A DNA stretch of 64,000 bases from Eledone cirrhosa (GCA_964016885.1 OZ024751.1:22940001-23004000); one strand, 5' to 3'. Shown: positions 42,846 to 57,933, counted from the first letter of the stretch. The notes: generated by a model not told the origin, from the letters alone. Numbers and translations are program-made.

Positions 42846-43671
42846 AGACACATGTGTGTGTGTGTGTGTGTATACATAAACACATCGTATATAACTGGGA
42901 GTGTCGAGTGTAGCTGTAGCTCTCTAACGTCTGTCTTTATCAATGCACCTTCAAGATGAAGCAGTAAACACACAGGCTTTTAACAACTTGCACAGACGTA
43001 ATGATGGAAGCAAAGTATAATTCCATTTACAGGAAACAGCTTCTATTAATTTTAAGTCCCGAAATATTAGGACAGAAGAAAGAACAGCAACAATAGCAAA
43101 CAAAACAACAAGATTACACCAGGTAACATACGTTTTCGTTACCACATCTTACAGTCCATTTTGCATTGTTTAGTCTTCAATCCCTTCCCACATTATATAT
43201 CATTCCACATTATATATCATTCCACATTATATATCATTATATATCGAACAAACTACAACATTTTATTATGAATTGTAAATAGTTTTCGAACGTTTTGCTT
43301 TTTTGACAGCCGTGTGACAGACGGACAACAGATCCTATACAGTTATTATAATATAGATTGAAATAATTTCGTTTGAAGGGATCAAACACTGAAAGTAGGA
43401 CATAGAATTAGGGATGTGGTGATAAATACTATTAATATAATTATCATGGTAAGTGGTTAAATGATGGGAAATTAACAACACTCGGAGACCGGAAGCAGAT
43501 CTGGGCTGAGGAAAGACGGTGGGCTAAGAGTTTAAAAGAAATCACCTAATTATTACAGCACAGCTACCGCTAGATGGCGACAAAATGCATCTTATCTATT
43601 TAGGACTAATTTCAACAAAATAATTCGATGTAACGAGGAGTAGGATATCTCTGACGATGCATTCAACATTA

Positions 43672-44420
43672 TGGATTGACAGAATCGGTAGAGAGTCGGA
43701 CACGGCAGAGAGTTAAGGCCCTTTACGTTCTGAGTTCAAATCCCGCCGGCATTAGCTTTGCCTTTCGATAAAATAAAGTACCAGTAATGCACTGGGGTTG
43801 ATTTAATCGACTTTCCCCTCCCCCCAAAATTGCTGGCCTCGTACCTATAGGAGAAATCATTATTATTAAAAGGGCGGTGGATTGGCAGTATCGGTAGAGA
43901 GTCGGACGCCATGCTTTCCAGCATAGTTACGTCCCTTTACAGTCTGAGTTCAAATCCCGTCGAGGTTAACTTTGCCTTTCATCCTTTCGGGGTCGATAAA
44001 ATAAAGTACCAGTAATGAACTGGGTATTTGCTGGCCTTGTGCCAAAAGTAGAAACAATTATTATTAAAAGTTCAAATCCCGCCGAGGTTGACTTTGCCTT
44101 TCATCCTTACGGGGTCGATAAAATAAAGTACCAGTAATGCACTGGGTTAATTATGGCCTTGTGCCAATAGTAGAAACAATTATTATTAATGTTAATAATA
44201 ATTGTTTTTACTTTTGGTACCAAGACAGCAATTTCAAGGGAAAGGGAAAGTCGATCATATCGACCTCAGTACATTACTGGTAGTTTATTTTATCAACCCC
44301 GTAAGGATGAAAAGCAAAGCTATTTTCGGCGGGATTTGAACTCAGAACGTAAAGAGTCGTAAGTAATTCTATGTCACAATGGCAATTTTCAGACGCTCCA
44401 CCGATTCTGCCAATACACCA
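43672..44420. mobile_element. SINE A cluster: three plus-strand copies then one minus-strand copy
   Basis: Plus copies from ~43672, ~43871, ~44069; minus copy ~44200-44420. Confidence 0.9.
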
Positions 44421-44650
44421 TCATATATGCTAAACTAATATTAAGGACGACATCATCAACAACATCAACAGCAATGTTGTTTCACATTGGCAAAATGTTA
44501 GCAATCATTCATTTACGCCTGAAAGAATTTTGTACGGCATTCTCTTGATTCTACCACCCACCGTTATATATATATATTTATATATATACATGCATACATA
44601 CACACACACACACATATATATATATATGTGTATGTATGTTCACACACACT

Positions 44651-44681
<31 letters not shown>

Positions 44682-45031
44682 TAGTACAAAATGGAAAAAA
44701 AAAATCCTTGTAAAAAAAAGAAAATACAGTAAAATATATTTGAAAAATGATAAATATGGCATTTTAGATAAATAAATGATATAACAGCAAAAATATAATA
44801 TATAGATGAAAAATCGATATTAACTTATTACGAAATTATCCCATGACTTATAAACAGTATTAGTGAAGATCCATTGGTAACTGATAGCAAAACTGGATAC
44901 ATTTTTATCAACACATATAGATATACACGTGTGTGTGTGTATGTATGTGTGTTAATAAAAATGCATCCAATTTTGCTATCAGCTACACACACTTACATGT
45001 ATGTGTGTGTGTGTGAAATTGTGACCTCATA

Positions 45032-45495
45032 TATGAAGGTCGGCTGAAAATGTATATTGGCTGACCAAGATACTCTCATGAAATGACCAAATTAGGTTTA
45101 TTTTTCAACAAATGCAGTTATTAATAAAAAATTAAAAAAATAAGTTGAAATTATTACATGCAAGATTTCACAGCTTTAACATCAATCCTTCGTAATCAGC
45201 CTGTGAACTTTTCAGGCTACCCTCGTATATATATATATGTGTGTGTGTGTGTGTATGAATATATGACCATATATGAAGGTCGGCTAAAAAGTTTATATTC
45301 TGACCAAGATACTCTCATGAAATGACCAAATGAGGTTTATTTTTCAACATAATCCCTGGTAAAAAAAAACTATGCAGTTATTAATGAAAAAAAAAGTTGA
45401 AATTAATGCATGCAAGATTTCACAGCTCTAACATCAATCCTTTAAATCAGCCTGTGAACTTTTCAGACCACCTTCGTATATATATATATATATGC

Positions 45496-45526
<31 letters not shown>

Positions 45527-45773
45527 TGTGTGTATGTATGTGTGTGACCATATACGAAGGTCGACTAAAAAGTTCATTAGCTGACTAAGATACTCTCATG
45601 AAAGTCCAAATGAAGATTATTTTTCAACATAATCCCTGGTAAGAAACAATGCAGTTATTAATAAAAAAAATTAAAAAATAAATGTTATTGTTGAAATTAA
45701 TGCATGCAAGATTTCACAGCTCTAACATCAATTCTTTGCAATCAGCCTCTGAACTTTTCAGCCCACCTTCGGA
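45032..45773. mobile_element. Three tandem MITE M1 copies
   Basis: 45032-45227, 45272-45478, 45553-45773, each with both TIRs, separated by (TA)(TG) spacers. Confidence 0.85.
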
Positions 45774-45779
45774 TATATA

Positions 45780-45860
45780 TATTGGGTCGAAAGTACGAAA
45801 ACATTTATAGAAATTTGTAGAAAAAAACAAATTTCTGCAAATTTCATACTTGATGACCCA

Positions 45861-45863
<3 letters not shown>
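45780..45863. mobile_element. ~84 bp mariner-type mini-MITE (M2)
   Basis: TATTGGGTCGAAAGTACGAAA / TTTCATACTTGATGACCCAATA; second copy 58951-59034. Confidence 0.7.
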
Positions 45864-45894
<31 letters not shown>

Positions 45895-46383
45895 ATACAT
45901 ATGTGTGTAAATATATAACTATATGTTTATGTATGTAGGTATATATGTAATAATATTTCAGCTGTACGTTAACTTCTGTTTAATACCGTTTCAACATATT
46001 TTATTACATATCATATTGTGTTTGTTTATATCTTGCTGTTATACGTGTGGATATATGTATGTATTACGTATGTATATGTATGGATATATGTATGGATGAA
46101 TGTATATATGTATGGATATACGTGTGTATATGTAGATAGATAAAGTCATAATCATATGTATATAACATATATAACATAAATATATATATACATGCATACA
46201 TGTATATATTCTCACACGTACACACACAAAAGTATCTATTCCCACACACACACACAGACACACACACACGCATACGCACACACACACACACAAGTATATA
46301 TCCACACACACAAGTATATATTCATACACACACACACAAGTGTATATTCTCACACATATTTACACACACTCACACAAATATGA

Positions 46384-46419
<36 letters not shown>

Positions 46420-46727
46420 CTCTGTGTGTGTGTGTCTGTGTGTGTGTGTGTGTGTATGGGGAGGGTATAGCTTACAATATACAATAAAATATACATATTA
46501 CATGCTATCTACATTTTATCACACATTCTTATGACACATTCTGTTCAATAAATTGTAATAGTATTTTATATGATAAATATTTTATCTCATATATCTTTTC
46601 AGAAAGACTTCATATAATATTGGGTACGGTGAGGCGAATTAAGTTTAATGGCGTTTTTACCGCCTGTATTTGTCATCCAGATTCGAATATTATACCCCGA
46701 CTTTATAGCGACAACGTCGACGATAAA

Positions 46728-46852
46728 TGTGGTGGTGGTGGTGGTGGTGGTGGTGGTGATGGTGGAGATGGTGGTGGTGGTGGTGGTGGTGGTGGTGGTG
46801 GTGGTGGTGGTGTTGGTGGAGGTGGTGATGGTGGTGGTGGAGATGGTGGTGG

Positions 46853-46883
<31 letters not shown>

Positions 46884-47221
46884 GCTGGTGGTGGTGGTGG
46901 TGGTGCTGGTGGTGCTGATGGAGATGGTCGTGATGATGGTGGTGCTGGTGGTGCTGGTGGTGCTGGTGGTGCTGGTGCTGCTGCTGCTGCTGGTGGTGGT
47001 GGTGGTGGTGCTGGTGGTGCTGGTGGAGATGGTGGTGGTGGTGGTGGTGGTGGTGGAGATGGTGGTGGTGGTGGTGGTGGTGGTGGTGGTGGTGATGGTC
47101 GTGATGATAGGGGGGGTAGAGGTGGTGTTGGTGGAGGTGGTGATGGTGGTGGTGGTGGTGGAGATGATGGTGGTGGTGGTGGTGGTGGTGGTGGAGATGA
47201 TGGTGGTGGTGGTGGTGGTGG

Positions 47222-47252
<31 letters not shown>

Positions 47253-47348
47253 GGTGGTGGTGGTGGTGGAGATGGTCGTGATGATGGTGGTGGTGGTTGT
47301 GGAAGTGGTGATGGTTTCTGAGGTGGTTGTGTTGGTGATGATGGTAAT
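46728..47348. repeat. (GGT)-based microsatellite abutting a SINE A tail
   Basis: Direct reading. Confidence 0.95.
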
Positions 47349-47800
47349 AATTGTTTCTACTTTTTGGCACAAAGCCATCAATTATCCCAGTGTATTACTG
47401 GTACTTTATTTTATCGACGCCGTAAGGATGAAAGGCAAAGTTAACCTCGGCGGGATTTGAACTCAGATCATAAAGGGCCGTAACTCTGTGCTGCAAAAGC
47501 ATGTTATCCGACGTTCTACTGTAACTCTTTGCTGCAAAGCATGGCATCCGGCCCTCTACCGATACTGCCAATCCACCGCCCTGGTTTCTTATATAGGCGC
47601 AAGGCCTGCAATTTTGGGGGAGGGGAAAGTCGATTAAATCTACCCCAGTGCGTGACTGGTGTTTTATTTTATCGACCCCGTAAGGATGAAAGGCAAAGTT
47701 AACCTCAGCGGGATTTGAACTCAGATCATAAAGGGCCGTAACTCTATGCTGCAAAAGCATGTTATCCGACGTTCTACCGATATTGCCAATCCACCGCCCT
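47349..47800 (-). mobile_element. Two tandem SINE A copies
   Basis: Heads ...GCCAATCCACCGCCC at ~47580 and ~47799. Confidence 0.9.
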
Positions 47801-47835
47801 GGAATTACACAACATAATGATAGTCTGCGACTAAC

Positions 47836-48036
47836 TCAGGTTCTGCTGCACGTCCGGCTGAGGAGGCGAGATTCTTCAAATACCGGTCGCTCTCCGACAG
47901 GTTTGCGATCGTACCTTTGACCGGGGAGACTTCTGGTGTCCTCGGCCCTAGGACTACCTCCCTACTCACCACCATAGGCGCTGAGCTGGCCAGCCGCAAG
48001 TGTGAGCCTCGCGAGTTGGAATGGCTTTTCCAGCGC
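47836..48036 (+). pseudogene. CRE-like non-LTR retrotransposon C-terminal (restriction-like endonuclease) fragment
   Basis: SGSAARPAEEARFFKYRSLSDRFAIVPLTGETSGVLGPRTTSLLTTIGAELASRKCEPRELEWLFQR fits the GxAAxxAExxKxxKY...VPxxxETxGxxG...QR pattern. Confidence 0.7.
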
Positions 48037-48294
48037 GACTCCTTTGTCGTCCTATTATACTACTATACACACATATGTATGACGGGTTTCCACGTAGTTT
48101 TCGTCCACCAAATTTCACTCACAATACAGCAGTCGACCTTAGGCTATGGTAGACGATGTGTTCCCACGAAACCGTGGAATGGAATTGATATCGGAACCAG
48201 TTCCTTGTGAGGTGAACATCTTAACCACGTGACCACGTTTGCACCCAATAGTAGATAAGGATTATATACTAAACAATCAAGTAATTGCAGCTGG

Positions 48295-48369
<75 letters not shown>

Positions 48370-48508
48370 CGATAGTGATGGTGGTGGTGTCTGTGTTTTG
48401 GTTATGAATATTTATTAAATACATTTCATAAATAGTATTTACATATTTGGGTTCTTTGAGAAATGAAATGAAGAAAAACGTTTATATCATTTACATATTG
48501 AAGGGATG

Positions 48509-48548
<40 letters not shown>

Positions 48549-48632
48549 GGCAGACAGACCGACACACAGATAGACAAGAAAAAAAAGAACGGGAAAAAAA
48601 GAAGAAAGATTGAAAACTGCACTACCATTTTG

Positions 48633-48699
<67 letters not shown>

Positions 48700-48773
48700 T
48701 TATATCAAGCGTTAAACGATGTATTTCTTCATTGGACTGTGTCGTTTGCTTTGTTATTTCTGTTAAATTTTTG

Positions 48774-48820
<47 letters not shown>

Positions 48821-49040
48821 GGGAGAGAGAGAGATTAAAATCCGACATGCAGGAGGGAAGAGGGTGAGAGAGTGAGGGTGGAGGAGAGAGAGAAAGTAAA
48901 TACCGACAGAAAGAGTGAGGGAGAGAGAGAGAAAAAGAGGAGGTCGGTAACCGGAAATTATAATATATGTAAATTTGATATGAATAATGAAAGTAAGAAC
49001 GTTAGAATGAAGGAAACTGTCCCTAATTAACATATTTATG

Positions 49041-49361
<321 letters not shown>

Positions 49362-49442
49362 GTATATATATATTTATATATATATATGTATACGCATATA
49401 TATACATATATATATATATATATACGCATATATATACATATA

Positions 49443-49533
<91 letters not shown>

Positions 49534-49538
49534 TTATA

Positions 49539-49571
<33 letters not shown>

Positions 49572-49655
49572 TTATATATATATATATATATATACGCATA
49601 TATATATACATATATATATATACGCATATATATACATATATATGTGTGTATGTAT

Positions 49656-49756
<101 letters not shown>

Positions 49757-49851
49757 TACATATATATGTGTGTATGTATACACACACACAGACACACACA
49801 CATATATATATATATACATATATATATATACATATATATGTGTATATGTAT

Positions 49852-49946
<95 letters not shown>

Positions 49947-51457
49947 CATATATATATATACTTGCATTCGGGTTTTATTTCTTTTTATTTGTTTTTGTGT
50001 ATTTTTTTCAATTTCTCACGAAATAGTCGTAATTGGTGTTTCAATTGTTGCAGTTGTTTTAGTTGTTGTTGTTGTTGTTACTGTTGTTACTCTTGTTGTT
50101 ATAGCTCTTGTTACGGTTGCTGTTGTTGTTGTAATTGTTATGGTTATTGTTGTAGTTGTTACCGCTGTTGTAGTTGTTATGGTTACTGTTGGGGTTGTTG
50201 TTGCTGTTGTAGTGGTTACTGCTGATGTTGTAGAGATTGCTGCTGTTACTGTTGCTTCAGTTGTTGTAGTTGTAGTAGTTGTTGTTACTGCTGCTGTAAC
50301 TGCTCATGTTGTTGTTGTTATAGCTGTTATTGCTGCTGCAGATGTTGCTACTGTTGTGTTTGCTGCTGCAGTTGCTACCGTTTACTCTCAAAGCAGCATC
50401 CATTAAGCTGGTCTACAACCAAAGATATTCTAGTCATGACCATTTCATTTTTTCTTAAGCTTCAGTCTATCTAGGACTACATCATTCCAGTGTACCCTTG
50501 TTTATTTGTTGCGTTGTTTTTTTTTAATGGTAAGGTATGATTTGAGAGTAATTTGGTTGCTACTTTTAGCAGATGTAGAGGTATCTCTAGGCTGACTTGT
50601 TGAGTAGCGTGGTAAGGGTGTTGGACACGATCATAATGTCGTGAGTTCGATTCCTGGACTGGATTGTGTGTTGTGTGTGGTGTTCTTCAGCTAAAACACT
50701 TTATTTCACGTTGGTACAGTATACTCAGCTGAAAAGTGCCATTCTATGGGCCTGAACGGAATCCAAAACCGCATGGTTGCGAATGGTAAGCTTTAACCAT
50801 ATAGCCACGTTTTTGGGGGGCGGTTTTTATCGATCGACAAAATCCCAGGCCTCATGTGCTTACCGAGTAGGATGAGACTGGTTAAATCAGACCAAGGAAA
50901 CAATGTCTCCATTGGTTTTCCCATTGCTGATACTATCTACCGGTTGCAACCACATAGCCGCGGGTTTTTTTGCTTTCTTATTTACCGTTAAATTCTACAG
51001 AAGACAACAACATAAGTGAATGTATTCAATAGCCCCAGCTCAGTATGAACAGTGCATGTGGACAAATTATAGAGAAGACAGTACCATAAGTGAGTGTAGT
51101 CAACATCCTCATCTTACTGTAAACAGTATATGTGGACAAACATTAACATGAAATCAATGATGCTACGCCTTCAGCGATAATATTAATAATTGTGTTGGTT
51201 TTAATGGATGTGATCGTGGTTGTGCCGCTTCTGTGGTCTTAATGGAACGGAATAAAAAGGTTTAGAAAAACATCTAGGTCAGATCCATTTATAATAAGCT
51301 AATGCATTGCATATCTTAACATTGTTGATCAAACTTCGCCTTATAATAATCAATAGTTAGATGGAAGGGATAGGGCGAGGCTGGAGGTGGGGCACGGCCG
51401 ATAGAGACGAGGGATTTATATGAATTAGGTCAAGTTAATATCTAAAGCATGAATGTA

Positions 51458-51722
51458 CGTGGTTTAGTGGCTAGGATGTTCGGCTCCCAATCGTAAACGT
51501 GTGAGTTCGATACCCCGACCGGGCGGTGATTTGTGTAATTGAGCGAGACACTTTATTTCACGCTGTTCCAGTTCACTCAACTGGAAAATATGAATTACAT
51601 GCTGATTCTCTCTGCAGACTACGTTAAGGGCTACACGTGTCTGTGGAATACTCAGCCACTTGCACGTTAATTTCACTATAAGGTTGTTCCTTTGATCGCA
51701 TCAACTGGAACTTTCATCGTTG
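51458..51722 (+). mobile_element. SINE B, near full length
   Basis: GTGGTTTAGTGGCTAGG (A box), GAGTTCGATACCC (B box), body and 3' tail. Confidence 0.8.
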
Positions 51723-51744
51723 GACCGGACCAAGGAAACAATTA

Positions 51745-51870
51745 CAATGGAGATAAGCTGAAAGAGCCCAAAGCCAATCCAACTCATTCTTGAGGATGGT
51801 CAACTCCGTCCCGATCCCTGCAAGTATGGAGGTGTTTCGGGGACCAAGCATTTCATGGCCCCAGATAACA
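51745..51870 (-). pseudogene. Second CRE-like fragment
   Basis: LGPRNTSILAGIGTELT...NELDWL aligns with LGPRTTSLLTTIGAELA...RELEWL at 47940-48030. Confidence 0.55.
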
Positions 51871-52654
51871 GAATTGAAAACGTCGTTACTCCCGGATGAT
51901 AGCGAGGTAGGAAGATACACTAAAAAAAGCCCGTTCAACTCAAGGGGTTTATTCTTCTACTTGGTTTTGCGTCGAATGTCAATACAACCTATTGTTTTAA
52001 TTTGTCAAGTCAATATCTATTTATTTGTCGATCGATTGGCTGGTTTAGCTGGTTGGTTGGTTGGTTGGTTGGTCGACTGGTTGGTTTTTATCATCGCTGC
52101 TCTTATCAGTTGGTTTATGCATGCATGCCTTACCAGCTGGAAATTGGAGCTTTTAACAACTCTTTATCTGATAAATCAAATAACCATATATACATACAAC
52201 AATTCCCTGGAGCGGGCGTTTGCTTCGTTTTCAGTTGTTGTTGTTGTTGTTGAGGGGAGGGGGGGTTAATTTGTTTGTTTTATTGGAGTTTTTTTTCTTT
52301 CAATATTTTTTTTCAATTTGTTCTGTTCTTTCCACAATTCACTAACGGAAGGCGTGTGGTGGTTTAATGGTTAAAATATTCGTCTCATGATCAAAAGGTA
52401 ATAGATTACATATTTGCAATATCCAGTCTGGCTTTGTGCCTTCTGAGTTCAAATCCCGCCTCCTTCTGTTAGGGGTTGTGCGACCGGCTAATAATATTAG
52501 CAACGCAATGGCCAATGGAAACATTCTTTCCTTGGTCTAATCTACCGATCTTCTCCTTCCGTTTTCTTTTTTTTTGGGGGGGGGGGGTGTTATTGCTAGA
52601 CCGAGTGATATTTTGTATCTTTTTCATTTCACGTTGCTCCAGTTTGGTATGGTC

Positions 52655-52977
52655 CCGTAACTCCTGATAGCGTCGTAGGGACGCCGTATTGACATACGGC
52701 GTATGTTGGGCATTTTAAGCCTGGCGGAGCCCCTCCCCTCTCCAGGCCTGAGTACAGCAGATTTCTTCCACAGAATCACAGAAACTGAGAGAGAGAGGAA
52801 ATGAGAAAGAGATATAGAGAAAGAATCTACCCCCAGTACTAGACTGGTACTTTTTTTATCGACCTCGAAAGGATGAAACTTGACCTCGATGGGATTTGAA
52901 CTCAGAGAATAGAGAGCTGGAATGAATACCATAAACCATTCTATCCGACGTTCTAACGACTTTGCCAATTCGCCGCC
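52655..52977 (-). mobile_element. Composite SINE (A head + CT repeat + distinct tail)
   Basis: Homologous to 16375-16720. Confidence 0.65.
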
Positions 52978-53421
52978 TATTGTTCCAGTTTATTCAACTG
53001 AAAATAAATACCAGTCGCATCTGGGGGTTTAAATATACGATGGAATGATGTCTCAACCGGGTGGGAATCTTGTACTTTCATTTACTTAAAGTGCATGAAA
53101 CCAGGATAACCTGCGAGTTGTGTCCAACCCATAGAAGCATGGGAATAAGCGATAATTCTAACTCTACTTCATTCAAGAGAGACAGGGGGTTCGATTCCCC
53201 GCTGGAGAGTGTCCATTTTTCCGTCACCAGTGAGTACTTTGAGTACTTTACTCTATTTATTCAACTATTGGTATAGTTATCGGCATTGTGGCAGCTATAT
53301 TTTTAAATTTCTCAACTCTTCCAAAGTCAACTATTCTACTTTACCTGTAGTTTAACTGTGTGTATGCGTATCGGTACACACACTCACAAGCACACAAACT
53401 CTGTATATATATGAGTGTGAT

Positions 53422-53630
53422 ATCTACATCTACATCTAAGGCGGGTAAAATTCCCGAGATCCATGGACGAGTTCTCTCCAGCGGTCTCTGTCCCTCATTA
53501 TCGCTGCCATATCCTGCATCTCCAACAGACCAGTGTCTGTCCTTAGGGCATCAACATATGTTAACCTTGGTCTTCCTCTTCTAGTGTGTCCATGTAGGGG
53601 CTCCCAAAGGAGCACTGAGTGCAATGTCAA
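53422..53630 (-). mobile_element. RTE-clade LINE extreme 3' end with short-repeat tail
   Basis: VLLWEPLHGHTRRGRPRLTYVDALRTDTGL...MRDRDRWR* followed by about three TAGATG repeats. Confidence 0.85.
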
Positions 53631-53762
53631 CTCTGGATGTCGGTGAGTGTGATATATAAATATATATATATATACATATATATATGTGTGTCTGTGTATT
53701 TATATATACACATCCATACACGCACACACACACACACGCATAGATATATAGATATATATATA

Positions 53763-53957
53763 TAGGAAAAAGTATGACCCCGACGGCAGAGCTCAAGCCG
53801 TTTCGACGGCTATTTCTGGCGTCCAGAAATAGCCGTCGAAACGGCTTGAGCTCTGCCGTCGGGGTCATAATTTTTCCTATTACCCACTCTACTACCCTAA
53901 GTATTGAGTACTCTGGTACGTTATAGTCCATTTGGTTCCTTACCACAACTCCTTCGT

Positions 53958-53959
<2 letters not shown>
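53763..53959 (+). mobile_element. PalA fold-back copy
   Basis: 57 bp arms around CGT 53820-53822; full tail; last 19 nt repeated at ~53994-54012 after a (TA)n run. Confidence 0.8.
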
Positions 53960-53997
<38 letters not shown>

Positions 53998-54010
53998 ACA
54001 ACTCCTTCGT

Positions 54011-54077
<67 letters not shown>

Positions 54078-54547
54078 ATCGTAAATAATTTTCCAAAACA
54101 CAACAACTATAGAAACAAACTAAAAGAAGCCCCCCCCCCCCCCCCCAAAAAAAAAATCAACAACAAAATCACAAATATATATTCATTGTTGACATAAGTT
54201 ATCTAGAATTTTCCAAAGAGATTGATCTTTTATAGGATTATGTTCAATATATTATAAATAATATTACATAAAGAACATTAATTAACTATACCAATTCGAG
54301 ATTTGTTTACCTGGCTTTAATTTTACCTCGTTTGTTTTCTTGTTTGTTTTCGGGAGGTTATTTTTTATATCAAAACACAAAATGGCGTATTTGTATGTCA
54401 TTGAACATATATATATATATATATAAGCATATATGTGTGTGTATATACATATATGTATGTGTCTGCGTGTGTGGATATATATATATATATAGGTGTATGT
54501 GTGTGCATATATGTTATAGGTGGGTAAATGTGTATATGTATGTATAT

Positions 54548-54678
<131 letters not shown>

Positions 54679-54829
54679 CGTGCGTGTGTGTGTGTGTATG
54701 TATATGTACATATATATATATGTATGTATATGTATATATATGTATGTATATATATATATATATATGTATGTATATATATATATGTGTATATATATGTATA
54801 TATATATATATGTGTGTATGTGCGCGCGC

Positions 54830-54880
<51 letters not shown>

Positions 54881-55056
54881 TTTATTTAATCCCGTCTAAC
54901 ATACGAGTATCAAAATATATATCGTATCAAAACAGATCAGAGAAGAGATTCAGCATTAATATCGTCTGAAAGCGGAATCCATTTTAGATCAAACGTTAGG
55001 AAGCTACATAGAGAATTATACAATACATGAATGATAATAATAACGATACCAATACC

Positions 55057-55091
<35 letters not shown>

Positions 55092-55767
55092 CAACAACAA
55101 TGATAATAATAACAACAACAACAAAAAATAATAATAATGATGAATATATATGTAGATGCGTATGTTTTCGTGTTAGATTGAGTACCTCTGTGTATATATA
55201 TATATATATTAGTTACACATACAAACATATGTATATGTGATTATGTATACATACATATATTTATAAGTGTGTTTGTGTATGTGTTTATACAAATAGAGGA
55301 ATATATATATATGAAATATACAAACATGCATGCGCGTGTGTGTGTATGTGGTATCAATATACATTATACATTATACATACAAGGTACATCGCTTTCAAAT
55401 TTAACTGATATCATCAAATATAAATATTTCTAAGTAGTATTATATAAAGAATTTCTATGCTCTTTCCGAACGAAAAAATATCTTTATCAACATGACAGAT
55501 AAATCTCTCGCATTGAAGAATTGTCTTTCTTTGAAAATACACAAAGAATGGTTTCTTATGTTTGGAATTATAGCAAACACTGATCCGAAGAGAAAAGTTT
55601 TGTATGCCATGGTACGTTATAATAGTAGCAATGGTAGTGATGGTGGTGTGGTTTTGCACAAACACACACATTTACACATACTTATACAAAAGCATCTGTC
55701 AGAATTGTAATCGCTTTTGTTAAGAACCTAATTAAGGTAGCATATTCCTTCCATTTATTGATCAACG

Positions 55768-55832
<65 letters not shown>

Positions 55833-55917
55833 AACATATATTATCTGATTCTCTGTGCGTGTATATATATAAAATGAGAGAGAGAGAGAGATAATGTATT
55901 TTATCTGTTTGTGTGTG

Positions 55918-55991
<74 letters not shown>

Positions 55992-56279
55992 CTGGTATAT
56001 ACAGAGCTTGATATTCATATATATTCGTAATTAGGTTTTAGTCTAACACCTGAGGTCTACATGTCTAATTAGACGATGTAAATAACTTTAAGGCAAGCGG
56101 GAAGAATACACTGCTGCTATTATATAGAGCTAAACATTTCACATCCATTTATATTTGCTTTTCGGTGAATTGTCAGCGTTTTAATGGCGTCTGATTGAAT
56201 GATTCGGTATTACGTACGTTCTGAGTTCAAATGCGATTTTCATCCTTTCGAGACAGATAAAAAAAATATATATATATGC

Positions 56280-56342
<63 letters not shown>

Positions 56343-56491
56343 TTTGTATGTATGTGTGTATATATATATATATATATCAATGATATTAATAAATGGAAAC
56401 TATATTATACTCCAGAAAACTTGTCGAGTGCTTCGAATCAGTTATAAATATATATATTTGTTGAATTACCAACAAATTAAATATCCCTTTG

Positions 56492-56528
<37 letters not shown>

Positions 56529-56532
<4 letters not shown>

Positions 56533-56722
56533 TTAATATAGATGAGATTCTACAGGACTAGAACTGTTTCATTCTTTAGAAATCATCAGGAATCCTGATG
56601 ATTTCTAAAGAATGAAACAGTTCTAGTCCTGTAGAATCTCATCTATATTAAAACTTTTATACTCTGCAATGTATTGAGTACCTTACTTACTGTGGTTACC
56701 TCCGATTCAACTCGGAATAGCG
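56529..56722 (+). mobile_element. Perfect fold-back insert centred just 5' of a hammerhead core
   Basis: 63 bp arms around 56592; right arm TC-CTGATGA-TTTC-TAAA-GAAT-GAAAC-AGTTCTA-GTC; tail with GTATTGAGTAC. Confidence 0.75.
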
Positions 56723-57434
56723 TATATATATATATATATATATTTGTTTGTATGTTTGTACGTTTAAATAGGAATCCATTTAAATGTGTAGTTTAGCTTC
56801 TATGGGGGCGGGGAGAGGGGTAAGTAGTAGTAATAGGCACGTCCTATTTACTTGTGGTATTTATCAGTGACTCATGCGTGCGAAGGGGGTCGGGTTCGAT
56901 ATAGTATATCCTCCGGGTACTCAGATCACAAGCCGGGGTTGGGCGTTGGGGCCCGCTGGTCGGAAACTTGGGGTTCCTGTTTGCACAGAGGATAGGATTC
57001 CGCCGACGTACTTCGTCTCTTTATATCATCTATCGTCAGCTAACTTGAGTTCTGGTTAAGGAAGTGAGAGAGAAGGGTTGACCATTACATATAGTGAGAT
57101 TTCAAATGGGTATTTTACACACGTATGTAAACAGACAATGACACACACTCAAGTACACATACATAAACACATACAAACACACACATACCCCACATTATTC
57201 ATGTTGCCACAATTATGCATATTCATATATAATTATATAATGTACATACACTTATTTACTCAAATGTATTTACAACACACACACAATATATATATATATA
57301 TGCATATACTTTCGTACATAGATGTAAATATGCACATACATAAACACATATATACACACAAACATATACTCATAAATATATGAGTGTGTATATATATATA
57401 TATATATGTGTGTACACATTCATTATGTAGTGTG

Positions 57435-57481
<47 letters not shown>

Positions 57482-57530
57482 TATGGAATTATGGATGTTT
57501 CGTAATGAATGTGTATACACACACACACAC

Positions 57531-57599
<69 letters not shown>

Positions 57600-57804
57600 A
57601 AAAATGGCGTGCTGCGTTGTTGTGAATATGAACATATGAATGAATAAAGGCCGAGAAACAGGACTGTCCATCATCAGTAGTCTGCTGATTATCATTGGTA
57701 TTTCTTCGCATTAAAGACTAGATACCTAAAATCAGTGCGAGCGATAACCAAATTAAGTTATCGGGATAGAGGAAAGTAAACAAACAACATGGTAGTAATG
57801 AATA

Positions 57805-57933
<129 letters not shown>

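Noticed and set aside
43280-43358. Helitron/HINE-like 5' end (ATCTATATTATAAT...TGTCCGTCTGTC on minus strand)
   Set aside because: No matching CTAG/hairpin end found
53177-53209. tRNA-Asp-like 3' half GGGTTCGATTCCCCGCTGGAGAG
   Set aside because: No matching 5' half or cloverleaf; relic or SINE head at best
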